Shown here one piece after another: positions 47,701 through 58,890 of a DNA stretch of 64,000 nucleotides. The stretch spans positions 300,718-364,717 of the forward strand of contig JAKMXF010000188.1 of assembly GCA_024704765.1 (NCBI GenBank), in the 5' to 3' direction. Numbering within the stretch: position 1 is the stretch's first letter; every line of letters begins with the position of its first letter. The DNA comes from Oopsacas minuta. Taxonomy: Eukaryota; Animalia; Porifera. The translations under genes and the position numbers were made by a program. The notes under the pieces are model-generated. The model had not been told where the DNA came from. It saw nothing but the letters and a program-made list of their open reading frames with translations, and ran no database searches.

Positions 47701-50480
47701 TTACCTGTGTTAAAGAATTAATGAATATGCTATTACACAACGAAATACCCACTAAAATCCAATTGATTTGCTATAAGATCATATTCAAGTTATCACAGCC
47801 TCAAAACAAATATACAGAAGAGCTAATCTTTATAACAGAGACAATATGTACGGGAAAACACGAATTTTATACTCGTTTTAAATCCCTCTTAGAAATGGTG
47901 ACATGCTCTAAAATGACTCCGATATTGCTGTTAGAATATCGGGATTATTTACACCTATACCATCAACTCGCGAATTCTCTCGCTTCTCTACCAAATCTTC
48001 ACACCCATATTGTTTATATAACATTCTATACAAGCGTGTTGACAGCATTAAAACATGACATCATACCTCATTACCATGATATACAATTACTATTGAAATC
48101 TATTGGAAAGTTGATACGACCGAATGGACAAGCAAAGAGATTCCTATGCTACAGTCAAGATAAGTTATATTTAACTTTAATTTTAAGAGTAAAATTGCTT
48201 TCAGAGGATACTCTCATATCTTCAGTCAAGAATACTAATTCTGCCAATCAATCTATTATAACGGATTCTCTATACAATCTGCAGTGTACTTTAAACGTGT
48301 TAAATTCCGCGAAACAAACTATTAAAGTGACTACAGAGTTAATTAGCATATTAACACAGTTAATAACCGCGAGTGAGGAGATACAGATATTAGTATTGAG
48401 CTCTTTTTCCGTAATAGCTCAGAATATTTCTAGTATTGATACAATTGATGGAGAATGTATGACCTTATATGGGCATAGATTATTAGACATTTGTAAATCT
48501 TACTTATTCGACCAAGAAAATCGCTCTTGTCTAGTGAAAGAACAAGTATGCTATCTCATAGCTGTTATATGTAAATATATTGTAGTTGATGGAGATACTG
48601 TAGTGCAATTAATCGCGCATTTTACCAGTCAAAATGACTATGTTCAATCTTTGTATTGTAAAGATAGAGTAAAAACACCGAAAAGTGTCAATATATCTCT
48701 CCTCGCAAGCTTAACTACTTTATTAACTGAGCTATTAAACTCTAATCAGTTAAATTTAGAGCAATTATGTGTTGAAAATATCTATAAATTATATATTTTC
48801 TATTCCGACACAAAATTATTGATGAAATTAAAATTAAGCACAGCACTACACCCTCAATTCGAATTAATTAACTCACTGTCTAGCCTGATAGTAGTTATTA
48901 TTAGTATTGTTAATTCTTCTGATTACACCAATGTATTGTACAGAACCTGGTCGCTTATTGAATTCACGGATACACATTCACAATCTTCTCTACCAAACTA
49001 CATACATGCGTATACTCTGATTTCTAAACTAGTCAGTCATGAACCTTCACTTCTATGTCAGTTTATACAACTCATACATTCAAATAGTCATGTATTGTTG
49101 GAATCTTTAGGAAAATTAGTTGACAGTGAAACAGTAGTGTTTAGTGAGAGTATTATGCCTTTATCAGTCCTCTCTAATGTAACTGAGATGCTTAATAGCT
49201 TGATTGAACAGAATCCAAAGGAGTATAGTGTACACGGTGAGATTCTTAGCGAATTCTTTGATTCACATAAACTAGCTTGCAATACTAAACTCGTAAACTC
49301 AGAAAATACGAAACTTCCCTCAGTAACAAATGGTGCTAAAATCACTGAAATTATTCTGAACATTATTTCCAAGACACATCCAATTTCAAAAGGTTGTGTA
49401 GCAAACGATTTCAATCTTATTGAAACGGAATTATCTGTATTTATTAGTTCAAGCAAAGAGGTATGTATCGCACTGGAAAAATGTGGATTTTTATCAAATG
49501 TGATTGATGAATACGATGTGCTGACAACGAAATTATATAAATTTTCCGATAAATCACATGAATACAGAGAAGTAGCTGTTTCGTTACAAACAAAATGTTC
49601 ATTATTAGCTAATATATTTTGCAAAATTCCAACTGGAAAGGAATTAAATTTAAAAGAAGGATTATTGGGAATAATTTCAAAGTTATGGCCTTTTACAAGA
49701 AATACAGAAATGTTGGAGAAATCAGTAATTTATTTGCTAACAGTTTTGACTAATAAAAATGAAAAGATCTGTCGATTAATGTCACAGCCTCAAGGCGGCC
49801 CTAACTTGTTGAGTGACGTAATTAAACGCGTGACATCTCTACTAAAACGCGTGAAAAATGAGAAATTTGAATTTAAATTAACCACGCATTTATTGACGTT
49901 GGTTGGCAACACTTGTATAGCAATGGAATGTAGAAGGTTTATACAGAAAATAGGATTAATAAGTGAATTACATTGTTTATTAGAAAATACACGGGAGAAA
50001 CGGTGTAAAATTCCCCGTCTCATAATTTCAAATACTCTACTACTATTAACTAAACTTAATTCTTATGAAGATGGTCGTAAGATCCTTTTCCAATACAAAG
50101 AAGTTCTAGAATTCGCAAGTGAAATCGGCCAAGAACATTTCAAAGACACAGAAATTATGACTCGAGTACTCTTCCTAATTCATAACCAATCTTTCTCACA
50201 CTCCTCAAAACCATATATCCTATCCAATTCATCAATACTATCTCTGTTAGATAATGCATTGCTCACGCAAGATAGTCAATACATGGATTTGGTAGGAAAC
50301 ACGATATCAGCTCTTCTATGCAATTTTAATAAAGGAAAATTTATATTGAAGAAAACAAAGTTAGTCAAAACTCTACGTGAAACTAATAATTTGTTGGTTG
50401 AGTGTAGGAGTGAGAACAAGTATTTAGCTCAAGCTATGTTATATGTAGACACAACTCAGTCTGAAGTACAGTATAATTGA
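44790..50480 (+). CDS. RTTN: Rotatin (centriole/basal-body ARM-repeat protein), 1896 aa, single exon
   Basis: N-terminal LAKVGHNNIQIRASALKRIVFKLDSNLITLSDLIHEREFILNLMEWFN..LLKISEYP..LNSIGAVTYLSQLR matches the recalled RTTN N-domain; long helical ARM-like remainder. Confidence 0.85.
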   Translation: MDLSTGNKPETASSNLRSILAKVGHNNIQIRASALKRIVFKLDSNLITLSDLIHEREFILNLMEWFNHSDITHGYDVLNLLLKISEYPIPARYLNSIGAVTYLSQLRQDINESERCILDNITDNLLHTSNFDVPKDNTLIPSRYIELYDNNDTVSNTVYPVAPTNISIHTSLTIPSDLSQLSITSHSLQPVTKHNLITNNSTQILTQSDRTIIQKFIMTSRDKNEVKPDILLSIERMFSEYQLNNLVSFHNFSDALVNLNSSIYQQETPIQSLYTLNLINHILTTYKLHSNLSKYISYTQPTCTSVNMIQFITNILDGSNTNLECLLAKDCITPVQLRTISIQLDVITKSIETLTAIYYKSNENNSELISDTFVLITTCIQIIRSAIIQESNRPVLVIILSGLVVVSDKLCVFLRYIESQSVSEISGTSSIYTLLDLACSSMLSSWLPQLRTYVSPFLNIITPDTDRIFSRFLEVEDKYKLSMDLVRIANRIRLKKCPIEMHYLTVLSLCQDSLSVISLHNDCVIVECIVEISYWLLHEKRMGINDDVIELLARLLETYHTDQSIAIYAIHKLCSLLKHELSVKDVKIFPFELVELLANYSVILNDMDVNVWSSTWQLVFFLATKVDNGMLLESISKWIGEFQMKANETEMIENIFKRITNKSAKINLEISKVYIRFCYHKNDEIRSKATNFLRNNLEEGVRFREDFLLNCRPPVTEHKVGFRVPFHTEDVQKILNIMTSPLLEVRIILSAFEQLCILLQDPKLHSLMSQPNNLSHLIDSINKNIPENVDLAHASIYSLRLLTQFNRKLALHLSNDAKLFASLLYWTQYTVEPIQTYNLSKLLFLLVFVHSLRYNEVIQISRTLQNTIIIPFDVVPTDFSLFHCEFDSYRDLLEHRHIREGLINSWQCELTRNKYEYSKMIRKQFETNFKFVSPITTLTELLKQIPINEEELIAANELLNINLSYTQIENITCVKELMNMLLHNEIPTKIQLICYKIIFKLSQPQNKYTEELIFITETICTGKHEFYTRFKSLLEMVTCSKMTPILLLEYRDYLHLYHQLANSLASLPNLHTHIVYITFYTSVLTALKHDIIPHYHDIQLLLKSIGKLIRPNGQAKRFLCYSQDKLYLTLILRVKLLSEDTLISSVKNTNSANQSIITDSLYNLQCTLNVLNSAKQTIKVTTELISILTQLITASEEIQILVLSSFSVIAQNISSIDTIDGECMTLYGHRLLDICKSYLFDQENRSCLVKEQVCYLIAVICKYIVVDGDTVVQLIAHFTSQNDYVQSLYCKDRVKTPKSVNISLLASLTTLLTELLNSNQLNLEQLCVENIYKLYIFYSDTKLLMKLKLSTALHPQFELINSLSSLIVVIISIVNSSDYTNVLYRTWSLIEFTDTHSQSSLPNYIHAYTLISKLVSHEPSLLCQFIQLIHSNSHVLLESLGKLVDSETVVFSESIMPLSVLSNVTEMLNSLIEQNPKEYSVHGEILSEFFDSHKLACNTKLVNSENTKLPSVTNGAKITEIILNIISKTHPISKGCVANDFNLIETELSVFISSSKEVCIALEKCGFLSNVIDEYDVLTTKLYKFSDKSHEYREVAVSLQTKCSLLANIFCKIPTGKELNLKEGLLGIISKLWPFTRNTEMLEKSVIYLLTVLTNKNEKICRLMSQPQGGPNLLSDVIKRVTSLLKRVKNEKFEFKLTTHLLTLVGNTCIAMECRRFIQKIGLISELHCLLENTREKRCKIPRLIISNTLLLLTKLNSYEDGRKILFQYKEVLEFASEIGQEHFKDTEIMTRVLFLIHNQSFSHSSKPYILSNSSILSLLDNALLTQDSQYMDLVGNTISALLCNFNKGKFILKKTKLVKTLRETNNLLVECRSENKYLAQAMLYVDTTQSEVQYN

Positions 50481-53400
50481 GAATATTACATTACTGAGTC
50501 ATTTATGTGTGTAAGCTCATTCGCACATTGCTTCACGTCAACTTGGCGCTTACGCATTTAGAGTAACTTTATCATTCAGATTGGGCCCTCAGGGAACATT
50601 TCAGTAATTTTACACAATGGAATTATTCATACACATATGACGTACCTCATTTAGTAGTTATTTTCCCAAGCTATGTCAGACCATGTTCTATGAAAATTAT
50701 TTAGTTTACATTAAATGTATTCCTAAAACTGATAAAATGAAATACAATTTGCCATTTATAAAATTCAAGTTGAGTGAGGATCTTATTTTTCAGCATATGG
50801 AATGCGATATATGTATTTTAATCATGTTCTCAACGGCTGTATTTGGGTAACCAAGTATATAGTGAATCCGAATTTCGTACTTAAAGTTTGTCATTGGTAA
50901 ATATATTGTGGTTTTGGTTGTAACTTGGCATGAGGGAGGAGTGAATAAAATAGCAGGACAGAAGGTAGAAATTTAGTATATTGTGGGACGTAGCATAATT
51001 CCATTAGACTGGGAAGTACGACATTTGTGTACAGATTTCTGTATACTATGTAAAGATTAAGATCCATCTATTTCATTACAAGTATTATAGTTACAATTTG
51101 GTCTAAGAGAATGATCCAGGCAGAAAAAAATATTCAAGCATATTGTTGTTACTATGTCAAGTGTTTGTATGTGAATTATATGAATTCACCATCCAAATAA
51201 GTGTACTTTTAACTAATCACATGGATTGTTATCAACTACTCATTTTCATATCGTGTAACTCATTCAAAAATTAGTTGTTGAAAATTCATGATGAGTTGAT
51301 GCAGCTTCGCTCATGATTGTATATACTTAGGATTGCTTCTCAGTCCAGTTTACGCCCCTTATATATTATTTGTTCCTAAACTCTAATTAATACATTCTGA
51401 ATTCAAATGGATTATTATTTATCGATATTTGGGGATTTATTCATTGAATATAAATGGACTGATCTCGTGCAGATAACACACGCATCGTCTCTCAACCGTG
51501 AAACTACCCTCGTAAACACAAAAAGGATATATCTTTACTGACAAATACATCATCGGAAGTATTAATTGCCCTGTCCTTCCCGAAACGGGACTGTAAGTCT
51601 ATATTTGAGCGTTTGTCCCTGGAATTGGATGAAGTATTCGTGAAGCTCGGAAACCTTGCTTGAAGGCAGCATACAAAATCCGGTTAGACAAACCCTTATA
51701 ATTAATAGAATCAATAGTAAAAATGAATTTGAACTTTCCCATAATGACTGAAAATATTTGCCAGAATGATTGTATTCATTTGCAGATATAATGGAATGCT
51801 TACTATATTTGCCAAAATGTACTCCCAAATTATATACAAATTTCACTTCTTTTTTTCCAAATTATATTTCCTTCACGTATTACACTATACAACAAGTATA
51901 CGTGTAATTATTAATTAAATTCTTTCAGCTCTACGTTAAATTTACGGTACCTACAGTTAGAATAATTAAATATAACAATAGTTAACTGTTATTTAATATT
52001 CCAATTATTATTATTATTATTTAGCTGGTATTAATGGCTCTTGTGAGATCAACAATTGGCTAGAGGATATATATACATTCAGAGCATTTACCAGCTGATC
52101 TTATTATTATTTCATTTTATTGATGATATTACTGTTCGACTTTCTACTTGTATCCCCGTGGGCTGTTGTTATCAATTATCAACATTATATTGATTGATAA
52201 GGTAAATACATTTATCTTATTGCACTGGAAGACCTCAATTCATCATTTGATAACATTTATTTTTCAGGTAATTAATATACAGTACTTGTATTTTCTATTT
52301 GATAAACTGTCCACGGCGACTCTAAAAGTGTCTAAGGGTGAAAGTATAGTCCACGTTAAATTACTGAATACTGCCGGTAAATACTCATTTCCCATTACTT
52401 AGTATAATTGAGAACCAATGCTAATGCATTATGATTACATGAATATTGTATGTATGACGGGATTTATATATATTTAAAGTTTGAATTTACAAAAGTGACT
52501 AGGGACATTTTGATATTCCATAATTTTTAGACTAAATATTCAGTAATCCATCTAACCGTACCCTGATGACGGAGACCGTTCAATGATTATTTCCCTTTGT
52601 ATACTTCTAGATGAAATGGCACAAGTAAGAAGGTCTATTTGACCGAACATCTTGGTGATTTAGTATCTTATTCAAAATATTACAATTCAAATTCGAGAAT
52701 TGCTAAAATCCCTCCTCTTTTCATTACTTCTCTGCTGTTTGTAAGGATAATCTATTATTTTCTTATTGAATCTTGCATCTCTTGTTCTTGTTCTTTTTGC
52801 TACTCGATGCGCCTATGAGTCTTTTCCGGTGTCATATATTAATCCTCCCCCTTCTAAATTTCCCCCAGAGAACAATTATCATGTGTAGTAAAGTTTTCCA
52901 TATTCAAAAACAGTTAAAGTAGTTTCGGCATGAAAGACATAATTGAAACCATTGAATTACAATATAATTGAGATAGTTGGGAAGAATCCTATGTAGTATT
53001 CTTCCCGTGGGGAAATTCGTACATACACTCTCCTACAAAAGTCTACATATACCCAAAAAACTCCAATAGAAAATAGTATTATAATAGATCCAATATTTGG
53101 CGGTAATATACTCACATCGTAGTAGATATGACAACTTCTATTTCAGAATCTTATTCTATCCATCCGAATTTACCATTGAAGAAGCTTTTTAGCTCAATTA
53201 GATATTGCTTATATTGAAAATTCTCATCTTGTGCCATTATGTTCAACTTTTCTAATTGCCACCCTTATACAATATGGGAACAAGTGGCACATGGTGGCCA
53301 CGATTGTCATTTATCAACAAAAGCAGTAGCTATTAGACGTGAATAGTTCTGTAATGGACATTCTATAAGGGGAAGTTTGCTATATTACATCGTCCTGAAT

Positions 53401-53639
53401 TTTTATTTATATCCGAATAAATCGTTAATGGTTGATTGATTTATAAAGATTCCTAATTGAAGTTGTTGGGGATACTGTACATGTAAGTTCCCGTATAGAA
53501 TTTGAATATTTTGACTTCATCTCTCATTTGATTCCCCCCGTTCGTAATCTTGAATCATTATCAATACAAAACATGTTATGATATTATAGGCTATTCAAAT
53601 AGCAATAAAGAGCCATTTCAAGAGTCATGTAGATATAGG

Positions 53640-53900
53640 TTAGATAATGTGAAATTGAAATTTATATACTCGATTACCCTAACTAGCTGTTAAAAGTAAA
53701 TCCCTAGCATAATATTCAAAGGTGTGAAATATTCACTTTTGAAAGAATTCAACCCGAGGTCTAAATCTACGACCCAAAATGTATATGTATGCCAATTTTC
53801 ATGTTAATTGTAGTGCAGGATTTCGCAATGCCGCGGGGACGGACGTCGCACATCGCCCATGTCATTAGGGCATCTCCATATAGGAGCTGCACTAAAAATG
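53640..53900 (+). mobile_element. HINE-like element, terminal fragment (copy C)
   Basis: GACGTCGCACATC..CATTAGGGCATCTCCATATAGGAGCTGCACTAAAAA matches the copy A terminus. Confidence 0.65.
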
Positions 53901-54094
53901 CTTGAACCTATTTGTATTAAGTAAGACCAAAATCGTGTCTGAGTGAATTGAGCAAGAAACTAATAAGAAGGAAAGTCTACATTATCTTTCCGAAGTGATA
54001 TTTAAAGAACCAGGGCTTGTACGACGAGACTAGTAGTAACTTATCAAAGTAAAATCCTATGCTTTCAATCTATGAAATTTCATTATTCAGGACC

Positions 54095-54350
54095 ACGAGC
54101 CTTTGGCTCGTCGTATTACGCCTCGAAGTATCCATTATTCTCTAAATTGACGGCCCCATTGAGTATTATAATATTGTTATATATTTAACAATGCAATTCA
54201 CAAATATACGTTTATGGCATATATATTATTGAATTATTTTGTAAGATCAACACCCTTTTTAGCCGTTGAGTGCAAGTATCTACGTAAATTTAGAGATTTT
54301 GCTAATTTGTTTACTTTATATTCACAAAAACAACAATAAATTTACATATC
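54095..54350 (+). repeat. ACGAGCC-hairpin interspersed repeat, copy 2
   Basis: Colinear with 28615-28930. Confidence 0.7.
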
Positions 54351-54755
54351 AACGGACAAACAAACAAATACAACCATATTCGGACTCCGCATACCCCATT
54401 ACCCCAGTATAGTCGTTGAAAGTATGATGCTACCTCAATTTTGGAATTTGTTTACTTTATGTACCTAAAAGTAAACAAATATTCACAATATTGTGTTTAC
54501 AATATCATATTTGGACTCAACATACTCAAATACCCCGGTTATGTATGTATTCTTTTCAGGGGCATGCCTCCCTGTACCCCGTGTAAATGCCACAATGCAC
54601 CGGACCCGAATGATTTTAGGCTCCTGAATCTGATAAATATTTCAGGATTTTCATTATTATTCGTCCTCTAATGTACTTCCTGTTCTATCCTCAAATCCTA
54701 TAGATAGAGTTCCTAATAATTACCTTACAATTACCTCCTGTCTAACTCTTGAAGC

Positions 54756-55075
54756 GAAATCTCTAGCATGATTTTGAATAATATTCCAAAAGGTGTGAAA
54801 TATGATTAATCATATGATAAATCATTTAGCTATATATTTGAAAATGTCAAAATTGAAATTTACATACTCGATTACCCCTTACTAGCAGTTAAAACGAAAT
54901 CTCTAGCATGATTTTGAATAATATTCCAAAAGGTGTGAAATATGATTAATCATATGATAAATCATTTAGCTATATATTTGAAAATGTCAAAATTGAAATC
55001 TACATACTCGATTACCCCTTACTAGCAGTTAAAACGAAATCTCTAGCATGATTTTGGAATAAAATGGAAAGGTGT
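54756..55075. repeat. 140-bp tandem repeat (2 near-identical copies plus a partial) inside a HINE-like element
   Basis: CTCTAGCATG at 54761, 54901, 55041. Confidence 0.92.
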
Positions 55076-55201
55076 GATAATATGATTAATCACGAAAAGG
55101 TGTGATATATTCACAAATTCTAACTCGATGTGCAATCTCAGACCTTAAAAGTATTTGTATGTCAATTCTCTGATAAATTCGGTTTCTAGATGATGCTAGA
55201 T

Positions 55202-55262
55202 CAGGTTTAGCAGGTTAAGCAGGTTAAACCGGTTTAGCCGGTTTAGCAGGTTTAGCAGGTTG
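55202..55262. repeat. 10-bp tandem repeat (GCAGGTTTA-type) x~6
   Basis: caggtttagcaggttaagcaggttaaaccggtttagccggtttagcaggtttagcaggttt. Confidence 0.85.
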
Positions 55263-55267
55263 GTTTC

Positions 55268-55560
55268 ATTTTCAAGTTTCTCATATGTAAATTTATTGTT
55301 GTTTTTATGAATATAAAGTAAACAAATAGTTGAAATCTCGAATTATACTTAGAGACTTGCTCTCAATGGACATATAGGGGTAATCAAGTACGCTGATTCC
55401 GAATTTGGCATTTTCAAGTTTCTCATATGTAAATTTATTGTTGTTTATATGAATATAAAGTAAACAAATAGTTGAAATCTCGAATTATACTTAGAGACTT
55501 GCTCTCAACAGACATATAGGGGTAATCAAGTACGCTGATTCCCAATTTGGCATTTTCAAC
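55268..55560. repeat. 142-bp tandem repeat (2 copies) of a common dispersed repeat motif
   Basis: TTCAA at 55271, 55413, 55555; monomer-related sequence also at ~3990-4100, 29920-30000, 33540-33610. Confidence 0.92.
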
Positions 55561-55639
55561 TACATATTGTGAATATTTGTTGTTGTTTAGGTACATACAT
55601 TTTCTCAATAATGTAGATAACTTGCTTCACCGGTTACAC

Positions 55640-56800
55640 TATGTTACTGTTAGTATAGAATTATCCAAAAGTTTTGAATCGTAGTTCCCATTAAATATGA
55701 TATCACCAATAAATTTATCTTGCACACTCGGTTGTGTTCTCAGGCTTGTACAGGTTTAATGATAGAGAAAATATTCATCCCTAGCTGTTTGAAATCAAGA
55801 GCTTTATAGGTTTGTGTATTTTCATGTGGGTTTTGAAAGAAGAATTCGCTAGTATCAATAACGATTGGCTTATGTATCACTTGTACTCGATCAAGATCAA
55901 TCAACTTTAGTTCACATTCCTTTGAGAAAACAAAGTTGGGGAGACGGATATCTGTGTATGTGTAACCAAATTTGTGGAGTTCAACTATTGCTATTTTAGC
56001 TTCTTTTACAAATTGAAGTAAACAACGTTAGCTTCCTCATCTTTTAGTGGGTCATATTGTTGTGATTCGAAACGAAATAGAACAGGTTCAAATCCCTACG
56101 ACCACAGTGTTCTGTCGGGCAGAACTAAATGGGCGAGGGAAGGGTTTATCTCTTTCAGTTTTCCTGCTTCGTGAATGAGAGGAACAAGTTTATAATAACT
56201 CTTGTCCTTCAAAAAAATAGAATAACTAGATGGTACTTGCTGTAAGTCGATGGCAAGTTTATACTTCTGACGGATAAATGTTAATTCTGATTGAGGAAGA
56301 TGTATAAAGTATCTAACCGATTCATCGAATTTATTCAATTGAATCATACACTCCAAAAATATGTATTGTTTAGCGTTGATAATAACTGGTACAGTCGAAC
56401 ATCTATAAGTGGGGAATGTCGGGCCGGCGAACTGCCGATACCCCCCAATCCTCATTTACGTATAATTTCCATTTCAAAGACCAGGGATTTTCGAGTCAAT
56501 ACCTGTAGCCACTTCCTCCGACTGTTTTAGCAATGATATTTGAAATTCTAAATGCCCTCAGAGAATTGTCAGAGCTTTCGATTGACCTATAGTTATAAAA
56601 CTGAACAAATTATGACCGTTTAAAGTCACAACTTGGTCAGGCTACCAAGAAAAAGATGTTAAATGCTTGTTCCGTTCTCTTTCTAAAACGGATACCTGTT
56701 TTATTATGTGCAGCTTTCTTTGCCTTGATGCACTTTTGAGCTTTGAATGTACTTTTTTGTAGTACTTTTATGTTTGTTCTTTAGATAAGGTGTATATACG
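55640..56800 (-). pseudogene. Atypical protein kinase pseudogene (HxDIRxPN/DLD type), possibly preceded by a nuclease-like domain
   Basis: Minus strand: LAHLVLPDRTLWS*GFEPVLFRFESQQYDPLKDEEA/RCLLQFVKEAKIAIVELHKFGYTYTDIRLPNFVFSKECELKLIDLDRV; catalytic loop at 55935-55952, DLD at 55890-55898; one stop and a frameshift. Confidence 0.7.
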
Positions 56801-57544
56801 TTTATGATTCCATCATTGTATCGAATTTATTTTTGCACAATTTATTGTAATATCTATTTACTTATGTTAGATCGATTTTGTAAAATCGACCTTTTACGAA
56901 TTCAATTTATGTTTGTATGTTAGTTTTACATAATTGACTTGTTGACAAAATTGACACAACACATACATGTCTTATCATGTAGCTAACCTTATTTCACCTT
57001 TTGTAATAATGTACATATTTCATAACGATGCTAGGCCTTGTCAATGGTTGGTAGAAAATAAGCCCGAGCTGTACCAGTCTGTCAGTTGGACGTTTTTTCT
57101 TATGGGATACTTCAGTGATTCCATGTACTCCAACTTTGTTATTCTTGGGGACGAAATCTTCTTTGTATATTGTATTCATGTTTTGGACTTGTAGTGTTTT
57201 TTTTTTCATTGACTTCCTAATAGATTCTTCGCTTATTTCTTCTGTTGATATTTCTTCTTTCAAGTTAGAGGATTGGATAAAGATACGACAGTTAATGGGA
57301 TAGTCCTCCTTTGGTTGTATGCAGCACTGTTTGATAGTATCCTATCCAGCGTTTCGAAATAATCGCGATGTAATATTGGATGACAGTATGCATCTAACTC
57401 TCAGTAAACTTCCCTACTAGATGAGTAATCTGGTTGCTAGGTTGTGAGTGTAATATGCCCCAATCGATAACAGTAAATCCATCAACTTCTGCTAACTTCT
57501 CCTTCCCCATTGAAAACGGGGGCCATTACAATATATATGTAGTA

Positions 57545-57695
57545 CAGTAGAAGCTCGCAAATCGGGGCACACCCAAACCAGAGTGATCACCTAAACACTT
57601 TACATATATTTAGTTTTATTCCATATAAAATCCCCTCTAAAACCGGGGCGCTTTTTAAGTGACACTAAGGTGCCCCGGTTTGCGAGCTTCCACTA
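57545..57695. mobile_element. Tc1/mariner (pogo-like) MITE, 151 bp
   Basis: 26-bp TIR CAGTAGAAGCTCGCAAATCGGGGCAC / GTGCCCCGGTTTGCGAGCTTCCACTA (3 mismatches), TA on both flanks. Confidence 0.8.
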
Positions 57696-57805
57696 TATTC
57701 TCTCAATTTTTCCACCTACTAATTGATGAAGGTAGGGAAGATGACATCTGTCCGCAATTCTTTTGTTTTATTACATTAGATATGAAATGTTGATGCGATA
57801 CGGTT

Positions 57806-58168
57806 TTCGTTCTAATTCAGGCGCCGTCCTAGGTTAAGGGTCCCTGGTGGGTAAAAGGCTCTTTTCCAGTCCTATTAAAAGGTCCCCCGAATGGATATTT
57901 TTTTTGGATCGCTTATCGCTTTCATAATTTGAGCTTTCAGCTCTGCTTTGCCAAGAATCTGAGGTTGAGAAGCGGGACTAGTACTTGTCAGTATACTTGT
58001 AGCCATGTGATGTTAATATGTTTCTGTTGGCTGCCATGAATTTTATGGGAAGGGTCCAATTAGCTATGTGCAGTCTGGAACCAATCAATGAATCATATTT
58101 ATTTGGATCAAAAATATTGGCGCCCCTGGAACGCAAAATTTTAAATTCGGCGCCTGAATTAGAACGAA
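57806..58168. mobile_element. MITE-like element with perfect 21-bp inverted termini
   Basis: TTCGTTCTAATTCAGGCGCCG / CGGCGCCTGAATTAGAACGAA; no direct TSD seen. Confidence 0.65.
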
Positions 58169-58826
58169 TATGGTACTACATCTATTTCCTTATTTTCCCG
58201 AAATTTTCTTGAAATTTTTTCTGATTGTTTCGATATTTTCGTAGTAGCAACGCGCCCTGACAATCTACTGGTATTTGTTCTGCCCATGTGGCTATCTTTG
58301 CGATATTTCTTCATTTTAATTTTTCGCCTTTCTCTTCAGATAGTTTTGATTGGCGTTTTTTAAATTTCTATTAGTCGTCAGGTCTTACTCATAAATTATC
58401 CATTGTAGAATTGGATAATAGAATATACTTAAATGAAGTTAGAATACTAGAATCAAGTGAATAATTATTATGATTTGATGCTGTCCTACCTTTTGCCGAT
58501 TTTTTTAAAATCAACTGACAGACTAGAGATTGATAACACTGATATACAACATTATTGATGATCTTCTTTCTCTATTATTTTTGCATAGTGTAGATATATA
58601 TTGGGAATTATATGTATTTTTTTCATTCTCAAGGGTACTAAAAGTAAGAAATTTCTATTTTAGTTATTTCGGTCTTTTAATTGACTACATGGTCAAAATA
58701 TTCCTAAATTCAATTCTACACATCACCCTTATCCAATTTATTTGGTTTTAATTGCTTTTATGATGTAAATTGCCTCTAATAGTAGTTATAATCTGTTTGA
58801 TTCCACTCTTGTTCATTTTATTGTTT

Positions 58827-58890
58827 ATGGCTTCTCGTGTTTGTAAAAATTCTCCTGAAAAGTTTTGTCGTATTTGTGTGAGGTATGCTA
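58827..58890 (+). mobile_element. 5' remnant of a Chapaev-like (CMC) transposase
   Basis: MASRVCKNSPEKFCRIC resembles the recalled N-terminal C..CKNxPxxFCxICG motif; very short. Confidence 0.4.

Noticed and set aside
52560-53580. Coding-like fragments (e.g. HPYTIWEQVAHGGHDCHLSTKAVAIRRE)
   Set aside because: Too many stops and no family motif I could recognise
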